Notes: generated by a model from the sequence alone, not told the origin. A stretch of DNA of 64,000 nucleotides from Candidatus Omnitrophota bacterium (GCA_029560465.1 JAKQKX010000016.1:71178-135177); one strand, 5' to 3'; positions 1 through 10,700 are shown, numbered from the stretch's first letter. Numbers and translations: made by a program.

Positions 1-83
1 TAGATATCCGGGTTATGATAAGCTTCTTTGGCTTTCGACGGCAGGACACTAGGTGAAGATTCTTAAATAATGCGGAGGGGTTT

Positions 84-680
84 ATGCCCAAATTCATATT
101 AAAAATTTTATTTTGGGGCGGGTTCATCGGGGCGATGGTAGCGGCCCCGGCTGTTGCGGCAGGAACGTACACGATCGATCACGTTCATTCTAATATTGGG
201 TTTGCGGTCAGGCATATGATGGTGAGCGAGGTCAAGGGCGAATTCACCGATTATGAGGGGACAGTTATATACGATCCCGAGTATGTCGCAGAAACAAAAA
301 TTGATGTTGTGATCCGGGCCAAAAGCATTGACACCCGCCTTCAGCAGCGGGACGATCATTTACGCGCGTCCGAGTTTCTCAAAACGGATGAATTCCCGTT
401 AATCACATTTAAAAGCCGGGGCGTGAACAAAACTGATCAGGGCGTCGTCATTGTCGGGGACCTGACAATCCGGGGCCGGACGAAAACGATTTCGATCCCG
501 GCGCAGATTTCCGGGCCTTACGCTAACCCTCTCGGGGGCGGGGAGGTTATAGGAATCGTCGGGGAAGCTGTTATCAATCGTCAGGATTTTGGCGTGTCCT
601 GGAATAAGGCCATGGATGCGGGCGGGTATGTGGTGGCCGACGACGTTAAACTGATTATCAGCGTGGAAGCAAAGAGGTGA
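84..680 (+). CDS. yceI: YceI family periplasmic lipid/polyisoprenoid-binding protein
   Basis: Signal peptide; YTID-HS-IGF-VRHMMVS-VKG-F, RDDHLR-EF and GDLTIRG motifs; GGAGG RBS. Confidence 0.92.
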   Translation: MPKFILKILFWGGFIGAMVAAPAVAAGTYTIDHVHSNIGFAVRHMMVSEVKGEFTDYEGTVIYDPEYVAETKIDVVIRAKSIDTRLQQRDDHLRASEFLKTDEFPLITFKSRGVNKTDQGVVIVGDLTIRGRTKTISIPAQISGPYANPLGGGEVIGIVGEAVINRQDFGVSWNKAMDAGGYVVADDVKLIISVEAKR

Positions 681-898
681 TACTTTATTCGATGCTGCCG
701 GATAGCACCGTCTCGAATGCTTGGCCCTGCCCTTTTTTAAGAATTATTCTTGGGAAGACACCTCTGGGGAGGGGAGCTTTTTCGGTTATAATTTAACGCG
801 TGTTTGGGTCTTGCATGAAGGCGGACTCGGAATATTGTTTATCCTTGTCCCGACGGGGCTTAAGCGGCCCATCGCGTGCGCATTAAAGGAGACGGGCG

Positions 899-1423
899 AT
901 GATATTGCAGGAGGTTGTTGTCCGGGGGGAACAGGCGCAGGATATCCCTGGCATCCGCGAAGTGAACCGCCTGGCCTTCGGACAGGCGCAGGAAAGCCGG
1001 ATCGTGGATGTTTTAAGAGACAGTTGTCGCGATATCTTATCGTTGGTCGCTGTTTACCAAGGGCACATTGTTGGACATATCCTTTTCAGTCCCGCTTCGA
1101 TTTCCATGAAAGAACGGACGGTCACCGGAATGGGGCTGGCACCGATGGCGGTGCTCCCGGAGTTCCAGCGGAAGGGCGTGGGGACCACATTGGTGCGGAC
1201 GGGAATATTTTCTTTAAAGGCGAGAACTTGCCCGTTTATTATTGTTTTAGGGCAGCCGCAGTATTATCCGCGTTTTGGATTTAAGAAAGCCAGTATTTAT
1301 CATATCGAAAGTGAATGGAATGTGCCAGATGAGGCGTTCATGATTTTGATTCTTGATGATATCGCCATGAAGGGTGTGCAAGGGACGGCCCGTTACCGTC
1401 CGGAATTTGTTGAAGCCGTGTAG
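899..1423 (+). CDS. GNAT N-acetyltransferase (YhbS-like)
   Basis: VGHILFSP, LAPMAVLPEFQRKGVG (acetyl-CoA motif A), VLG-P-YYPRFGF. Confidence 0.9.
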   Translation: MILQEVVVRGEQAQDIPGIREVNRLAFGQAQESRIVDVLRDSCRDILSLVAVYQGHIVGHILFSPASISMKERTVTGMGLAPMAVLPEFQRKGVGTTLVRTGIFSLKARTCPFIIVLGQPQYYPRFGFKKASIYHIESEWNVPDEAFMILILDDIAMKGVQGTARYRPEFVEAV

Positions 1424-1570
1424 TCTGTCTTGCCCGGGGAACGCTTGCCTGTAGTAGATGAAATTCGCCTTTGGCCGGCAAAATAATGAGGTATTTCGTT
1501 TAACTATGTTAAAATGAACCAGGCTCTGGCAGAGGAGGAATGCTGCCCAGTGGGGTAAAGGATAGAGGAC

Positions 1571-2290
1571 ATGCAGACAAACCGGCAAAATTTCCGGCTG
1601 ATCCTTTGGATAGGGATTATTTTCTTCCCAGTATTTTTTATACTGGATTGTTTTATTTACGCCGATCATAAATGGGCGCTATTCAGCATCCGGGCGGCTA
1701 TCGTTATGTTCCTTTCCGTAATGCTTGTCGTTGTCAACCGGGTCCGGGACAAGGTCGCGGTGGGCCTGATTAATGTTTCCTTTGTGATCGCGGCTTTTTC
1801 CATCTCTTTTATGTGTTACATTACCGGGGAAGGGGCCCGGTCGCCTTATTACGCCGGGCTTTTTTTGATTATTATTGCCATTTCCGCTTTGATCAATATG
1901 GCTCCCGGGCATTATTTATATGTCATCTCATTTATTTTGGGGCAGCATTTTCTCCTTATTTCCCTCGCCCCTTTTGATTTGAGAGGAATTCTTTCAAACA
2001 TTTTTTTCCTGGGGTCTTTCTGCGCCATCGGGATTTTGCTGCACTCTTACAATTACAGGATTCTGAACGAGATTAAGAAGTTGAGGGGTTTTTTGCCGAT
2101 ATGCGCCAAGTGCAAGAAAATACGCGATGACAAAGGATATTGGAACCAGATTGAACGATATATTCAGGAGCGGTCAGACGCGGTGTTCTCGCACGGGTTG
2201 TGCCCGGATTGTGCGCAGGAATATTTTAATGAAATCGAGGCCATGGAAAGCCAGCAGCCTGGCTCCCGCAAGGATCATGATAAAGATTGA
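1571..2290 (+). CDS. Multi-TM membrane protein with C-terminal Cys/His domain (LPICAKCKKIRDDKGYW...FSHGLCPDC)
   Basis: 5-6 hydrophobic segments, then the CxxC...H-x2-CxxC module usually seen at the end of PAS/response-regulator proteins. Confidence 0.8.
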   Translation: MQTNRQNFRLILWIGIIFFPVFFILDCFIYADHKWALFSIRAAIVMFLSVMLVVVNRVRDKVAVGLINVSFVIAAFSISFMCYITGEGARSPYYAGLFLIIIAISALINMAPGHYLYVISFILGQHFLLISLAPFDLRGILSNIFFLGSFCAIGILLHSYNYRILNEIKKLRGFLPICAKCKKIRDDKGYWNQIERYIQERSDAVFSHGLCPDCAQEYFNEIEAMESQQPGSRKDHDKD

Positions 2291-2645
2291 CACAATTGAG
2301 AATGTCATCGCCCGTGACCGGTGGCGCTACAAAAAGAATGACGGGAAAATTATGTCTGCGGAGATTATTGTAGGAAAACCTTTCCGGATGCGCCATGAAG
2401 AAAAGGAAAGTTGGGTCTGCCCGGTTTTTATCGAAACATTCACCACACGGGTGATCTCCGCCATCGGCGCCGGCCCCGTGGAATCCCTGATGAGCGCCAT
2501 GACACTTGTTAAAGCATTTTTTGATATGTATCAGGACCATTTTATCGAAAGAACCGCGTTAGACCAGAAAATCGGCCCGCAGGCCAAGGCCCAGGTTTCG
2601 CGGCGTAAAGGGCGACCGCCTGCGGGCAAACGGGCAAAGCTGTAA
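2277..2645 (+). CDS. Hypothetical protein (DUF6968-like)
   Basis: ATG 2277 overlaps the upstream gene end; VIA-R...IGKP...W-CP...G--S-ESL pattern. Confidence 0.55.
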   Translation: MIKIDTIENVIARDRWRYKKNDGKIMSAEIIVGKPFRMRHEEKESWVCPVFIETFTTRVISAIGAGPVESLMSAMTLVKAFFDMYQDHFIERTALDQKIGPQAKAQVSRRKGRPPAGKRAKL

Positions 2646-2658
2646 CCAGGAGGTTTGT

Positions 2659-3504
2659 ATGAAAAGTTTTTCTAAAAGCGAAGCGCTTCGGTATGGCTGG
2701 AAAACAACAAAGGCTCATTTGGGCTTGTTTTTGGGGTTGATACTGCTTTTGGGGCTTCTGCAGTTTGTAACGGACATCACAAACAAGCTGGCCCATCAGC
2801 GGAAAGTTTTTAAAGAGGATTTTTCTGCGGTTGCGGATCATCCCGAGCTTTTATACGCCGATCTGGTGCAGAACGGTTATATCACCCCGGATGGAGTGAT
2901 CCGGGACAAGTTTACCGATATGAACGATGTCCGCAACATGGCCCTGGGCGCGGAGTTCGAGGACAAGAAAATTGAAATTATTCGGGTTTTTCTTAAAGCG
3001 TTGCGGTATGTCCCTCCGTCAAGATATAAATTTTATGGGATCGCGCTGGTGTTATGGATCATCAAATGGATCGCTCAAGTCGGGCTGATTAAAATTTTTC
3101 TTAAAGTTTACGACAACGAACCGGCGTCGGCACGGGAAGTTTTTTCATACGCACATCTTGCGGTTAAATATTTGCTGGCATCGTTGCTGTACAGCTTGAT
3201 TGTGCTGGGCGGGTTATTGCTGCTGGTGGTTCCCGGGGTGATCTGGGGCATGAAATATCAGATGTACGCCCTGTTGATCCTTGACAAGAATCTGGGCATC
3301 AAAGAGGCTTTCAAGAAAAGCGCGGAATTGACCTCTGGGGCGAAACTGTCCCTTTTTGTTTTTATGTTCGTTATAGGCTTCATTAACCTTGGCGGGATTC
3401 TGTGTTTGGTCGTTGGTTTGTTGATAACCGTGCCGGTGACATTGATGGCTTATGTCCATGTTTATCGGTCGTTGCTGTCCCAATCAGAACCTGTTCCGTC
3501 GTGA
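2659..3504 (+). CDS. DUF975-like integral membrane protein with an inserted soluble loop
   Basis: AGGAGG RBS; LLVVPGVIW...ALLILDKNLGIKEAFKKS-ELT-G-K...GLLITVPVT pattern. Confidence 0.75.
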   Translation: MKSFSKSEALRYGWKTTKAHLGLFLGLILLLGLLQFVTDITNKLAHQRKVFKEDFSAVADHPELLYADLVQNGYITPDGVIRDKFTDMNDVRNMALGAEFEDKKIEIIRVFLKALRYVPPSRYKFYGIALVLWIIKWIAQVGLIKIFLKVYDNEPASAREVFSYAHLAVKYLLASLLYSLIVLGGLLLLVVPGVIWGMKYQMYALLILDKNLGIKEAFKKSAELTSGAKLSLFVFMFVIGFINLGGILCLVVGLLITVPVTLMAYVHVYRSLLSQSEPVPS

Positions 3505-3646
3505 AACCGGAAAGGGGCGGGGGTGTAATTGAGCGCAGATTTTGTAATAGACTTTTCGTGTGCTGAATAATATAGTGAATCGACGCCTGTGATCCGGGGC
3601 GCCGGTTTTTAAAGCAGCCGGTTGATTGCTGGAAGGAGGCCTTTTC

Positions 3647-4057
3647 ATGAAATGCCCGGTATGCCAGGACGTGATGGTTGTCCTTGAGCTGGCTGAAGTG
3701 GAAATTGATCATTGTTTGACCTGCGGGGGAATTTGGCTTGATTCCGGGGAGCTTGAACTGCTCTTGGACAGCGAAACGGACCGGACGGCGGTTTTGCAGT
3801 CTTTCCGTCCGGCGGGCCCTTTGACGGAGAAGGCTCGGCAATGCCCCATATGTTTGAAAGGGATGGAAAAGGTTTTTTGCGCGGGTATCCGGGGCCCCGT
3901 GCGCCTGGATCGCTGCCCGGCGCAACACGGGATATGGTTTGACCCGGAAGAATTGCAGGATGTCCTGGCTGCGGGAAGCGCGGGATTGAACAGCCGGGTT
4001 CTTGATTTGTTGAAGGATATGTTTGGAAACAATCAACCTAAGGAGGAGAGACCATGA
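3647..4057 (+). CDS. Double TFIIB-type zinc-ribbon protein (zf-TFIIB)
   Basis: MKCPVC...IDHCLTCGGIWLDSGEL and CPIC...LDRCPAQHGIWFDPEEL; GGAGG RBS before ATG 3647. Confidence 0.88.
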   Translation: MKCPVCQDVMVVLELAEVEIDHCLTCGGIWLDSGELELLLDSETDRTAVLQSFRPAGPLTEKARQCPICLKGMEKVFCAGIRGPVRLDRCPAQHGIWFDPEELQDVLAAGSAGLNSRVLDLLKDMFGNNQPKEERP

Positions 4058-4608
4058 TGCTTGCTTTATTAATTTTTCTGGGCGGCTTATTAATGGTTGT
4101 TTTTTATGTGATTAACACGTATAACGCGTTAGTCGGATTGCGTAACCAGGTTAAGAACGCCTGGTCTCAAATTGACGTTCAACTGAAAAGAAGGCACGAC
4201 CTGATCCCTAACCTTATTGAGACCGCCAAGGGGTACATGAAACATGAACGGGACACCCTGGAGGCTATCGTGAACGCCCGGAGCCAGGCCATGAGCTCCC
4301 AGAGTATCGGGGACAAGGCCAAGGCCGAAGGCCTGCTTAGCGATGCGGTGAGCAAATTTTTCGTGGCTGTGGAGAATTATCCTGATTTAAAAGCGAATCA
4401 GAATTTTCTTGCCCTGCAAGAGGAGCTGACATCGACGGAAAACAAGATCGCTTTCGCGCGCCAGGCGTATAACGATCAGGCACTGTTTTTTAACAATAAA
4501 ATTGAAATGTTCCCCTCGAATATCGTGGCGGGGATACTGAATTTTACGAAACAGGAATTTTTTGAGATACAGGAAGCGGAGAGAGCGGCTCCTAAAGTGC
4601 AGTTTTAA
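4054..4608 (+). CDS. lemA: LemA family protein
   Basis: N-terminal TM; NAWSQIDVQLKRRHDLIPNL, ENYPDLKANQNFL-LQEEL, FPSNIVA. Confidence 0.97.
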   Translation: MMLALLIFLGGLLMVVFYVINTYNALVGLRNQVKNAWSQIDVQLKRRHDLIPNLIETAKGYMKHERDTLEAIVNARSQAMSSQSIGDKAKAEGLLSDAVSKFFVAVENYPDLKANQNFLALQEELTSTENKIAFARQAYNDQALFFNNKIEMFPSNIVAGILNFTKQEFFEIQEAERAAPKVQF

Positions 4609-4619
4609 GAGATTCAATT

Positions 4620-5876
4620 ATGATAATGTGGGAACTTATAAAGGAAAATCAGCGTAAGTCTTGGTTCCTCTTTATGGCCATGGGAGGATGCCTGTTGGCG
4701 CTCGGGTATACAATCGGGGTGGCCTGGGTGCCGCATCAGGACGGCGGGATCCTGGGGATGATGATGGCTGCGCTGTTGTGGTTTGTCCTGTCTCTGATCA
4801 GTTATTTTTCAGGGGATTCCATCTTATTGTCCATGAGCGGGGCCAAAGAGGTGAACCGTCATGTTCACCCGCAGTTATTTAATGTTGTTGAAGAAATGAA
4901 GATCGCCGCGAACCTGCCGGTCATGCCGCGCATTTATATTATCGACAGCCCGGCCCCCAATGCGTTCGCGACCGGACGCAACCCGGAAAAAAGCGCCATT
5001 GCCGTCACCGCCGGCCTGTTGTCCATGCTCAACCGCGATGAGTTGCAGGGCGTTATCGCTCATGAAATGTCTCATGTGATAAACCGGGACGTTCTTTACA
5101 TGACGTTCGCGGGGGTCCTGCTGGGGAGCATTGTGATCCTTTCGGAATCCTTCTGGAGGAGCCAGTACTACTCGGCGAGCTCCAGGCGTTACCGGAGCTC
5201 TTCCCGGGACAATTCCCAGGCGCAAGCGGTGATGATGGTGGTCGCGATCGTGTTTGCGATCCTCGCTCCGATTCTGGCCCGGTTGTTTTATTTTTCTTTA
5301 TCGAGGCGGCGGGAATATCTCGCCGACGCTTCGGCCGTGCGCCTGACCCGTTATCCGGAAGGGCTGGCGTCTGCTTTGGAAAAGATATCCCGTCCGGATA
5401 TTCAACTCGCGAACGCGAACCGGGTTACGGCGTCGATGTACATCATCAATCCCCTGAAAGCATCCTCGCGTAATATGGTTAACGCGTTCAGCACCCATCC
5501 CCCTGTCGAGGAGCGTATTAAAATTTTACGGTCCATGATGAAAGGGGCAAATTATAAACAGTATGCCGAAGCTTTTTCAAAAGTGAAAGGGAACGCGTCG
5601 TTGATGCCTTCGTCGGCTTTGGCGGATTCCGAGAGTGTCCCTCTTCGCCCATCTACCGCCTCGGCGGAGGATCCCCGTTCTTCGAAACAAAAAGCCCGGG
5701 ACTTGGGAGATTTGATGCGGGTTTTGAATAACTATTTGTTTATTTCCTGTGCCTGCGGCCTTGTGATTAAAATCCCCATGGATTTTAACCGGAAGGTTTT
5801 GACCTGTCCTCGTTGCCAACGGGAACATGATCCCCGTTCAGCGCGCCCGGCACCGGCCAGGGTGTCGCCGGGTTGA
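4620..5876 (+). CDS. htpX: HtpX-like M48 zinc metalloprotease with C-terminal zinc ribbon
   Basis: PNAFATG, HEMSH (HExxH), SRRREYLAD, FSTHPP; C-terminal CACG...CPRC. Confidence 0.92.
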   Translation: MIMWELIKENQRKSWFLFMAMGGCLLALGYTIGVAWVPHQDGGILGMMMAALLWFVLSLISYFSGDSILLSMSGAKEVNRHVHPQLFNVVEEMKIAANLPVMPRIYIIDSPAPNAFATGRNPEKSAIAVTAGLLSMLNRDELQGVIAHEMSHVINRDVLYMTFAGVLLGSIVILSESFWRSQYYSASSRRYRSSSRDNSQAQAVMMVVAIVFAILAPILARLFYFSLSRRREYLADASAVRLTRYPEGLASALEKISRPDIQLANANRVTASMYIINPLKASSRNMVNAFSTHPPVEERIKILRSMMKGANYKQYAEAFSKVKGNASLMPSSALADSESVPLRPSTASAEDPRSSKQKARDLGDLMRVLNNYLFISCACGLVIKIPMDFNRKVLTCPRCQREHDPRSARPAPARVSPG

Positions 5877-6053
5877 TCTGTCTTGACCTGCCAGCGGGGG
5901 CACTGTTTAGACAAGCAGGAGACAGAACAGTCTTTTAAAGTTTTTTGAGGTGATTATAAAAAGAGGGTCGACAGACGATCCGGATTTTGTTAAAAAAGTT
6001 ATAAGTCGGATGGTCCTGGGCGCTGAATTCCCGTGGTGAGAGGGAGGTCTTTT

Positions 6054-6731
6054 ATGAAAAAACAGTTTTTATGCGTGGCATTTTTGTTGTTCGCGGTTTC
6101 TTGTTCTAAACAGGGATTTTTTAGAGAGGATCCGGAGGCTCCCATGACCTATACGGAAACCCGGTCTATGAGCGAGGCGACGGAAGCCCTTGTCGGTTAT
6201 TTAAGGGAGCATCATCCGGATATCGTCAAGACTTTGAACCCTCCCACCGAACCATTAGCGCTGGATCAGCTTGAAAGGATGGTGGGCCGGAAGCTTCCTC
6301 AGGATTTCCGGGTGTTGTATCTGTCCATGAACGGGCAAAAGCCTGAAGGCCTGCCGGCCTTGCTGAACGGTTATGAATTATTGTCGTTGGAAGACATTGA
6401 AATCAACTGGAAAAGAATGAAGACCGCTCATGCCAACCGGGTGGATTTTCTGACGAAAGGGGCGTCGGACGGCCCTGTGCGGGCTTTCTGGTGGTATCCG
6501 ATGTGGATTCCGTTCGCAAAAACAGCGTACGGCGATTATTATTGCCTGGATCTTTTTCCGGCCCGGGCCGGAAAAATCGGACAGATCATCGAGTATCGAC
6601 AGGACAATGTGCTGAGGCGGCATTTGGGTTATAGCCTCAACGATTTTATCGGTGACTATGAGAAAGGGCTTCGATCGGGAAAGTATTATTGGGACTCGGA
6701 GGAGAAGATGTTTTTGAGGAAGAGCAAATAA
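6054..6731 (+). CDS. SMI1/KNR4 (SUKH) family lipoprotein
   Basis: Lipobox FAVSC; LNPP...LE---G-KLP-DFR-LY--NGQ, WW-P-WIPF, GDYYCLDL-P---G--GQII. Confidence 0.85.
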   Translation: MKKQFLCVAFLLFAVSCSKQGFFREDPEAPMTYTETRSMSEATEALVGYLREHHPDIVKTLNPPTEPLALDQLERMVGRKLPQDFRVLYLSMNGQKPEGLPALLNGYELLSLEDIEINWKRMKTAHANRVDFLTKGASDGPVRAFWWYPMWIPFAKTAYGDYYCLDLFPARAGKIGQIIEYRQDNVLRRHLGYSLNDFIGDYEKGLRSGKYYWDSEEKMFLRKSK

Positions 6732-6759
6732 TATAAAGAAGGGCCCGCGCAAAGCAGGG

Positions 6760-7128
6760 CTATCCCACCCATGGCCCGACGCCGCTCCATATCATTTCAA
6801 TCCATCGGGTGTTTCCTCTGTTATTATCCGACCGGCAACAGATCAGCTTTTTCTTGTCCAAGCCCCCGACAGCATTCAATCGCCGGCCGATTTGTTTGAT
6901 GAGGTCCCTGTCTTTTTGATGGCTGGCCACAACACGTTGATGCGCGGTCTTTTCATCGTTTTCGTCGAGAATGGGCTGCGTTCCCTGTTGCTGAAGTTGA
7001 ATTTTATGGTTGGAACGAAGGTCGACACGAACCAGGCCCAGACCGTTATTCATACCGACGGCGTGACCGAATAATTTTTTAATCCAGGACAGCACGGCAC
7101 GACTCCTTTTAAGGGGTGGCATGAACAA
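6760..7128 (-). CDS. Hypothetical protein (start may be the GTG near 7095)
   Basis: Directly downstream of the MORN gene; protein-like C-terminus IGRRLNAVGG...IEMIWSGVGPW. Confidence 0.55.
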   Translation of the reverse strand: MFMPPLKRSRAVLSWIKKLFGHAVGMNNGLGLVRVDLRSNHKIQLQQQGTQPILDENDEKTAHQRVVASHQKDRDLIKQIGRRLNAVGGLDKKKLICCRSDNNRGNTRWIEMIWSGVGPWVG

Positions 7129-7129
7129 T

Positions 7130-7528
7130 TTAAAATGGCCGGTTTTTAAGAAGGATTTTGCTGGTCAAAAACCATATCATCACGGCGCTGGCCAGAAGAA
7201 TAAACCAGAACAGGGGGGATTTGATGAACCGCATCCCCCCGAAATTCCTTCTTGGTTCCAGCTCGACTTCGCCCTGCCGTTCTCCGTTTTGATAGTAATA
7301 TTCGTGGAGGACATTTCCGTTTTTATCAAAAAATTGTTCAATGCCGTGTTTTTGCCCGGCGACATATGTTACTTGAGATTTTAATTTTCCCGAGGAATAG
7401 TATGTCTTGTGTTTCCCTTCGCGGGGGGGGTGGCTGAACGCCGGCGTGAGGCCGAAGGCCAGAAGCATGAGGGATAATCCCGCGGTTTTCATCAGGCATC
7501 TTTGTTTTTTGAAAATGATGTTGAACAA
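7130..7528 (-). CDS. MORN-variant (YwqK-like) repeat protein with signal peptide and C-terminal TM anchor
   Basis: G-HKTYYSSGKLKS-VTY--GQKHG-EQFFDKNG repeats; hydrophobic C-terminus; true start probably the second Met. Confidence 0.75.
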   Translation of the reverse strand: MFNIIFKKQRCLMKTAGLSLMLLAFGLTPAFSHPPREGKHKTYYSSGKLKSQVTYVAGQKHGIEQFFDKNGNVLHEYYYQNGERQGEVELEPRRNFGGMRFIKSPLFWFILLASAVMIWFLTSKILLKNRPF

Positions 7529-7752
7529 TGTTGCCCCTTGTTTTTTATCGCCGGAAATATAATAAAATATTATATAACAGATAAATTTTGTTTTATAGGA
7601 AGGATTTGAATTTAATATAAGGCCCGTGAATTTATTGTGTTTTTATTTTTGTTCATAAAAAATTCATAATATAATAAAAACTAATACTTTATCCAACTGT
7701 CCCGAAAAGGACGTGTCTATTTATATTCCTTTTTAAAAAGAGAGGTCATTTT

Positions 7753-10700
7753 ATGAAAAAATATTCCCAGCGCGTAGTGATGATTTTTTTGTGTGGGGTG
7801 ATTCTGTCATTGATCATGGTAACGGGGGCCGGGGCTAAAGATAAAGGAGTCAGCTTAACCGAAAAGGTGGAAAGCCTTCTGAGAAAATATGAGGCCCTGC
7901 GCGATGAAAACCAACAGATGAAGGATGCGCTGGAAGAGGCGGAAAGCCAGGTGGAGCTGTTTAGGGGGAAATTCCTGGAATTGGAAAACCGGGGGGGTGT
8001 TCTTCAGAAACAACTGGAAACGCGCACGCAGGAACTGAAAGAGGCGCAAGCGGCTATAAAAAATCGAGAAGGGACGGCGGATGAGGGCCGGGCGGAATTG
8101 GAAAGAATTGTCGCTGAATTAAGGAAAGACAACAAGCAACGGGAGGAAAGGATTCAATCGCTTGAGGAGAAGCTCCGGGAAGCCGACGCTCGGCAAGCCA
8201 GCGCAGTTGAAAAGGCGGCCTTTGAAAAGGAGCTGGCCGTCCTTAAACGGGAGAATGAAACCTTAAAAAAAGACCTGGAGGGCCTTGAAAAGAAGCTTCA
8301 GCAGGCAGATATGGCTTTGAAGGAAAAAGGCGCTGCCGCTCAAACGGCTTTAGAACAGGAAATACGGGGATTAAATCAAGAGTTGCAGCTGAAAGGGGCG
8401 TTTATCCGTGACGGGGAGTCGCAGATTGAGTCGTTAAAGGGGGAAAATACCCGCCTGGTTAAACAGATGGAAGACTTGCAGGCGCGTATTCAGGATTTAA
8501 CCGCCCGCCGGGATAAAAAGGAGGATTCCCTGGCTAGGAAGATTGAAGAGGCCCGGGAACCGTTGCAGAAGAAAATTGATGAGCTTCAGGCCCGCTTGGA
8601 TGCCGTCCCCAAAACGGAACAGCAGAAAATAGAAGAAGTCCGCCGGCCGTTATTGAGCAAGGTGGAAGAGCTTACGAGCGAGAATGCGGCCTTGAAAAAA
8701 TCGATGAAAGAAAAATTGAGCGACGCGCAGGAGCCTTTGTTGAAGGAAAATGGGGAGTTGAAAGCGCGGCTGCGCGAGGCGGAAGAACAGCTTGCCGGCG
8801 AGATCCGCCGGGCAGACCGGTTGGTCGACGAGAAAACCGGTGCGATGAGAAAGCAGGTTGAGGGGGCGGAGGCGGCTTTGAAAGAAAAAGACAAGACCGT
8901 CTTTTCTTTGCAAGAAAAATTGAACCAGACAGAGCAGCGGATCGCCGCGGCGGAAGGGGAAAAACAGAAAATTATCAAAGACGCGAAAGACCAGGAAAGA
9001 GAAATGCGGCAGCAGATCGTGGCGTTAGAGAAAGACTTGAAGACCGCGGAGAAAAAAGAATCAGCGAAATCCCTCCGTGAAAAGGAAGATTTGCAGAAAG
9101 AGAACGTGGCCCTCCGGGAGGAAATTCAGTCTTTAGAAAAATCCTTGCCCGAAAGAGTGGAACAGGCCAGGAAACCGCTTATGGAAAGAATCGACGACTT
9201 AATGGCTGAAATGCAGCAGGCACAAAAGAAAATGGAAGCCGAGATTGAGCTGTCCCGGAAGCCGTTAGAGGAAAAAGTGGCTGGCTTGGAAGAGGATCTG
9301 CGTCTGGAGCGCCAGCGTAAGAAGGATAAAGCGGCTGGACAGGAAGACACTTTGCGTAAGAAAATAACGGAGATGGAGCAACAGCTCCGGCAGGCGGATG
9401 CGATTGCGGCTGAGAAAGCGGCAGCCGCGAAAGCCCTTTTGCAGGATAAGGTCGTGGCTTTGGAGCAGCAGTTGGCAGATCAGAAAGCGGCCCTCCCGGG
9501 ACAGATCAGTCAGGCTAAGAGAGCTGCGGATGAAGAAGTGAAATTACTTAAGGCCCAGTTGAGAGAGAAGGATCTAACCCTTTCAGCCCAGGAAGAGGCT
9601 CTCAAGAAAAATTATGAGGTGAAGTTGCAGGGTTGGCAGAGGGACCTGAAGGCGGCCCAGGACACGATGAAGAACCAGGAGGCGGAAATCCACAAGAAAG
9701 AAACGGCTTTGGAGCAGTCTGCTCGGGAACTAGAAGCTGCTCGAACCCGGAATGGTTCGTATCAGAAAGATATTGATGCTCTTCGTGATCAGCTGAAAAG
9801 CAAAGAGCAGCGTGTGGAGCAGCTTGCTCAGGAGCGGACTGCGAATTATCAGGCCCGGATCGATGAGAAAGAAAAGGAATTGAAAGAAGCCAGGGAGGAC
9901 GGCCAGAAAAAATTGGCAGAGGCGATGAAGGCGAAGGATGAGGAAATAGAACAGTTGCGGAGCCAAATGAAAGCGCAGGAGGCTTCTGTTTCGGAAAGGA
10001 TCGCCCGGGCCAAGCAGCCGTTGGAAGAAGAAATAAAGGGTCTTAACAAAGAGTTGCGGGTTAAGAAGAATGCCAGCAAAGAGGATATTCAGGCCGCGCA
10101 GAAGCCGTTGGAAGATCAAATCAAAGAGATGGAGAAACAGTTGCTGGAGAAGGAGGCCACCTGGACCCGGAAGGTTGATGAGGCGCGCGTCCCGCTTTTG
10201 GAGAAAATCCGGTCTTTGGAAGAAATGGTTAAAAATACCGAAGCTGCGGTTTCGGCGAGGATTGAAAAGGCGAAAGCACCGTTCATGGGCCAGATCCAGG
10301 CCTTGGAGGAAGAACTCGCCGAGAAGAACGCGTTTTGGCCGGAAAAGATTGAAGAAGAAAAGACCCCGTTGCGGGAGCAGATCCAGGCCTTGGAAGCCCG
10401 GCTTAAGGAAAAGGACGCTGAGCTTAAAGCCAGGGTTGAGGAAGCGGAGTCCCCTTTAAAAACGGAAATCGTAAGGTTAAAAGAAGACCTGAATGCGGCG
10501 CGGAAAGAGCAGGAAGCCCGTTTGAAGGAAGAACAAAGTGTCCGGAAAGCGGCGGTGGATCAGGTCACGCAGGAATTCAACGATTATAAGAATTCCGAGC
10601 CTGACAGAATCGCCAGGGTCAAGCAGCCTTTAGAGGCGAAAATCGGGGAATTGCAGAAAGATTTGAAAGAGGCGAAGAGCCGGAAAGATGAGGCCCGGAA

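Noticed and set aside
721-1284. 187-aa ORF overlapping the GNAT gene
   Set aside because: Alternate frame with no motifs; the GNAT frame has the RBS and clear family motifs.
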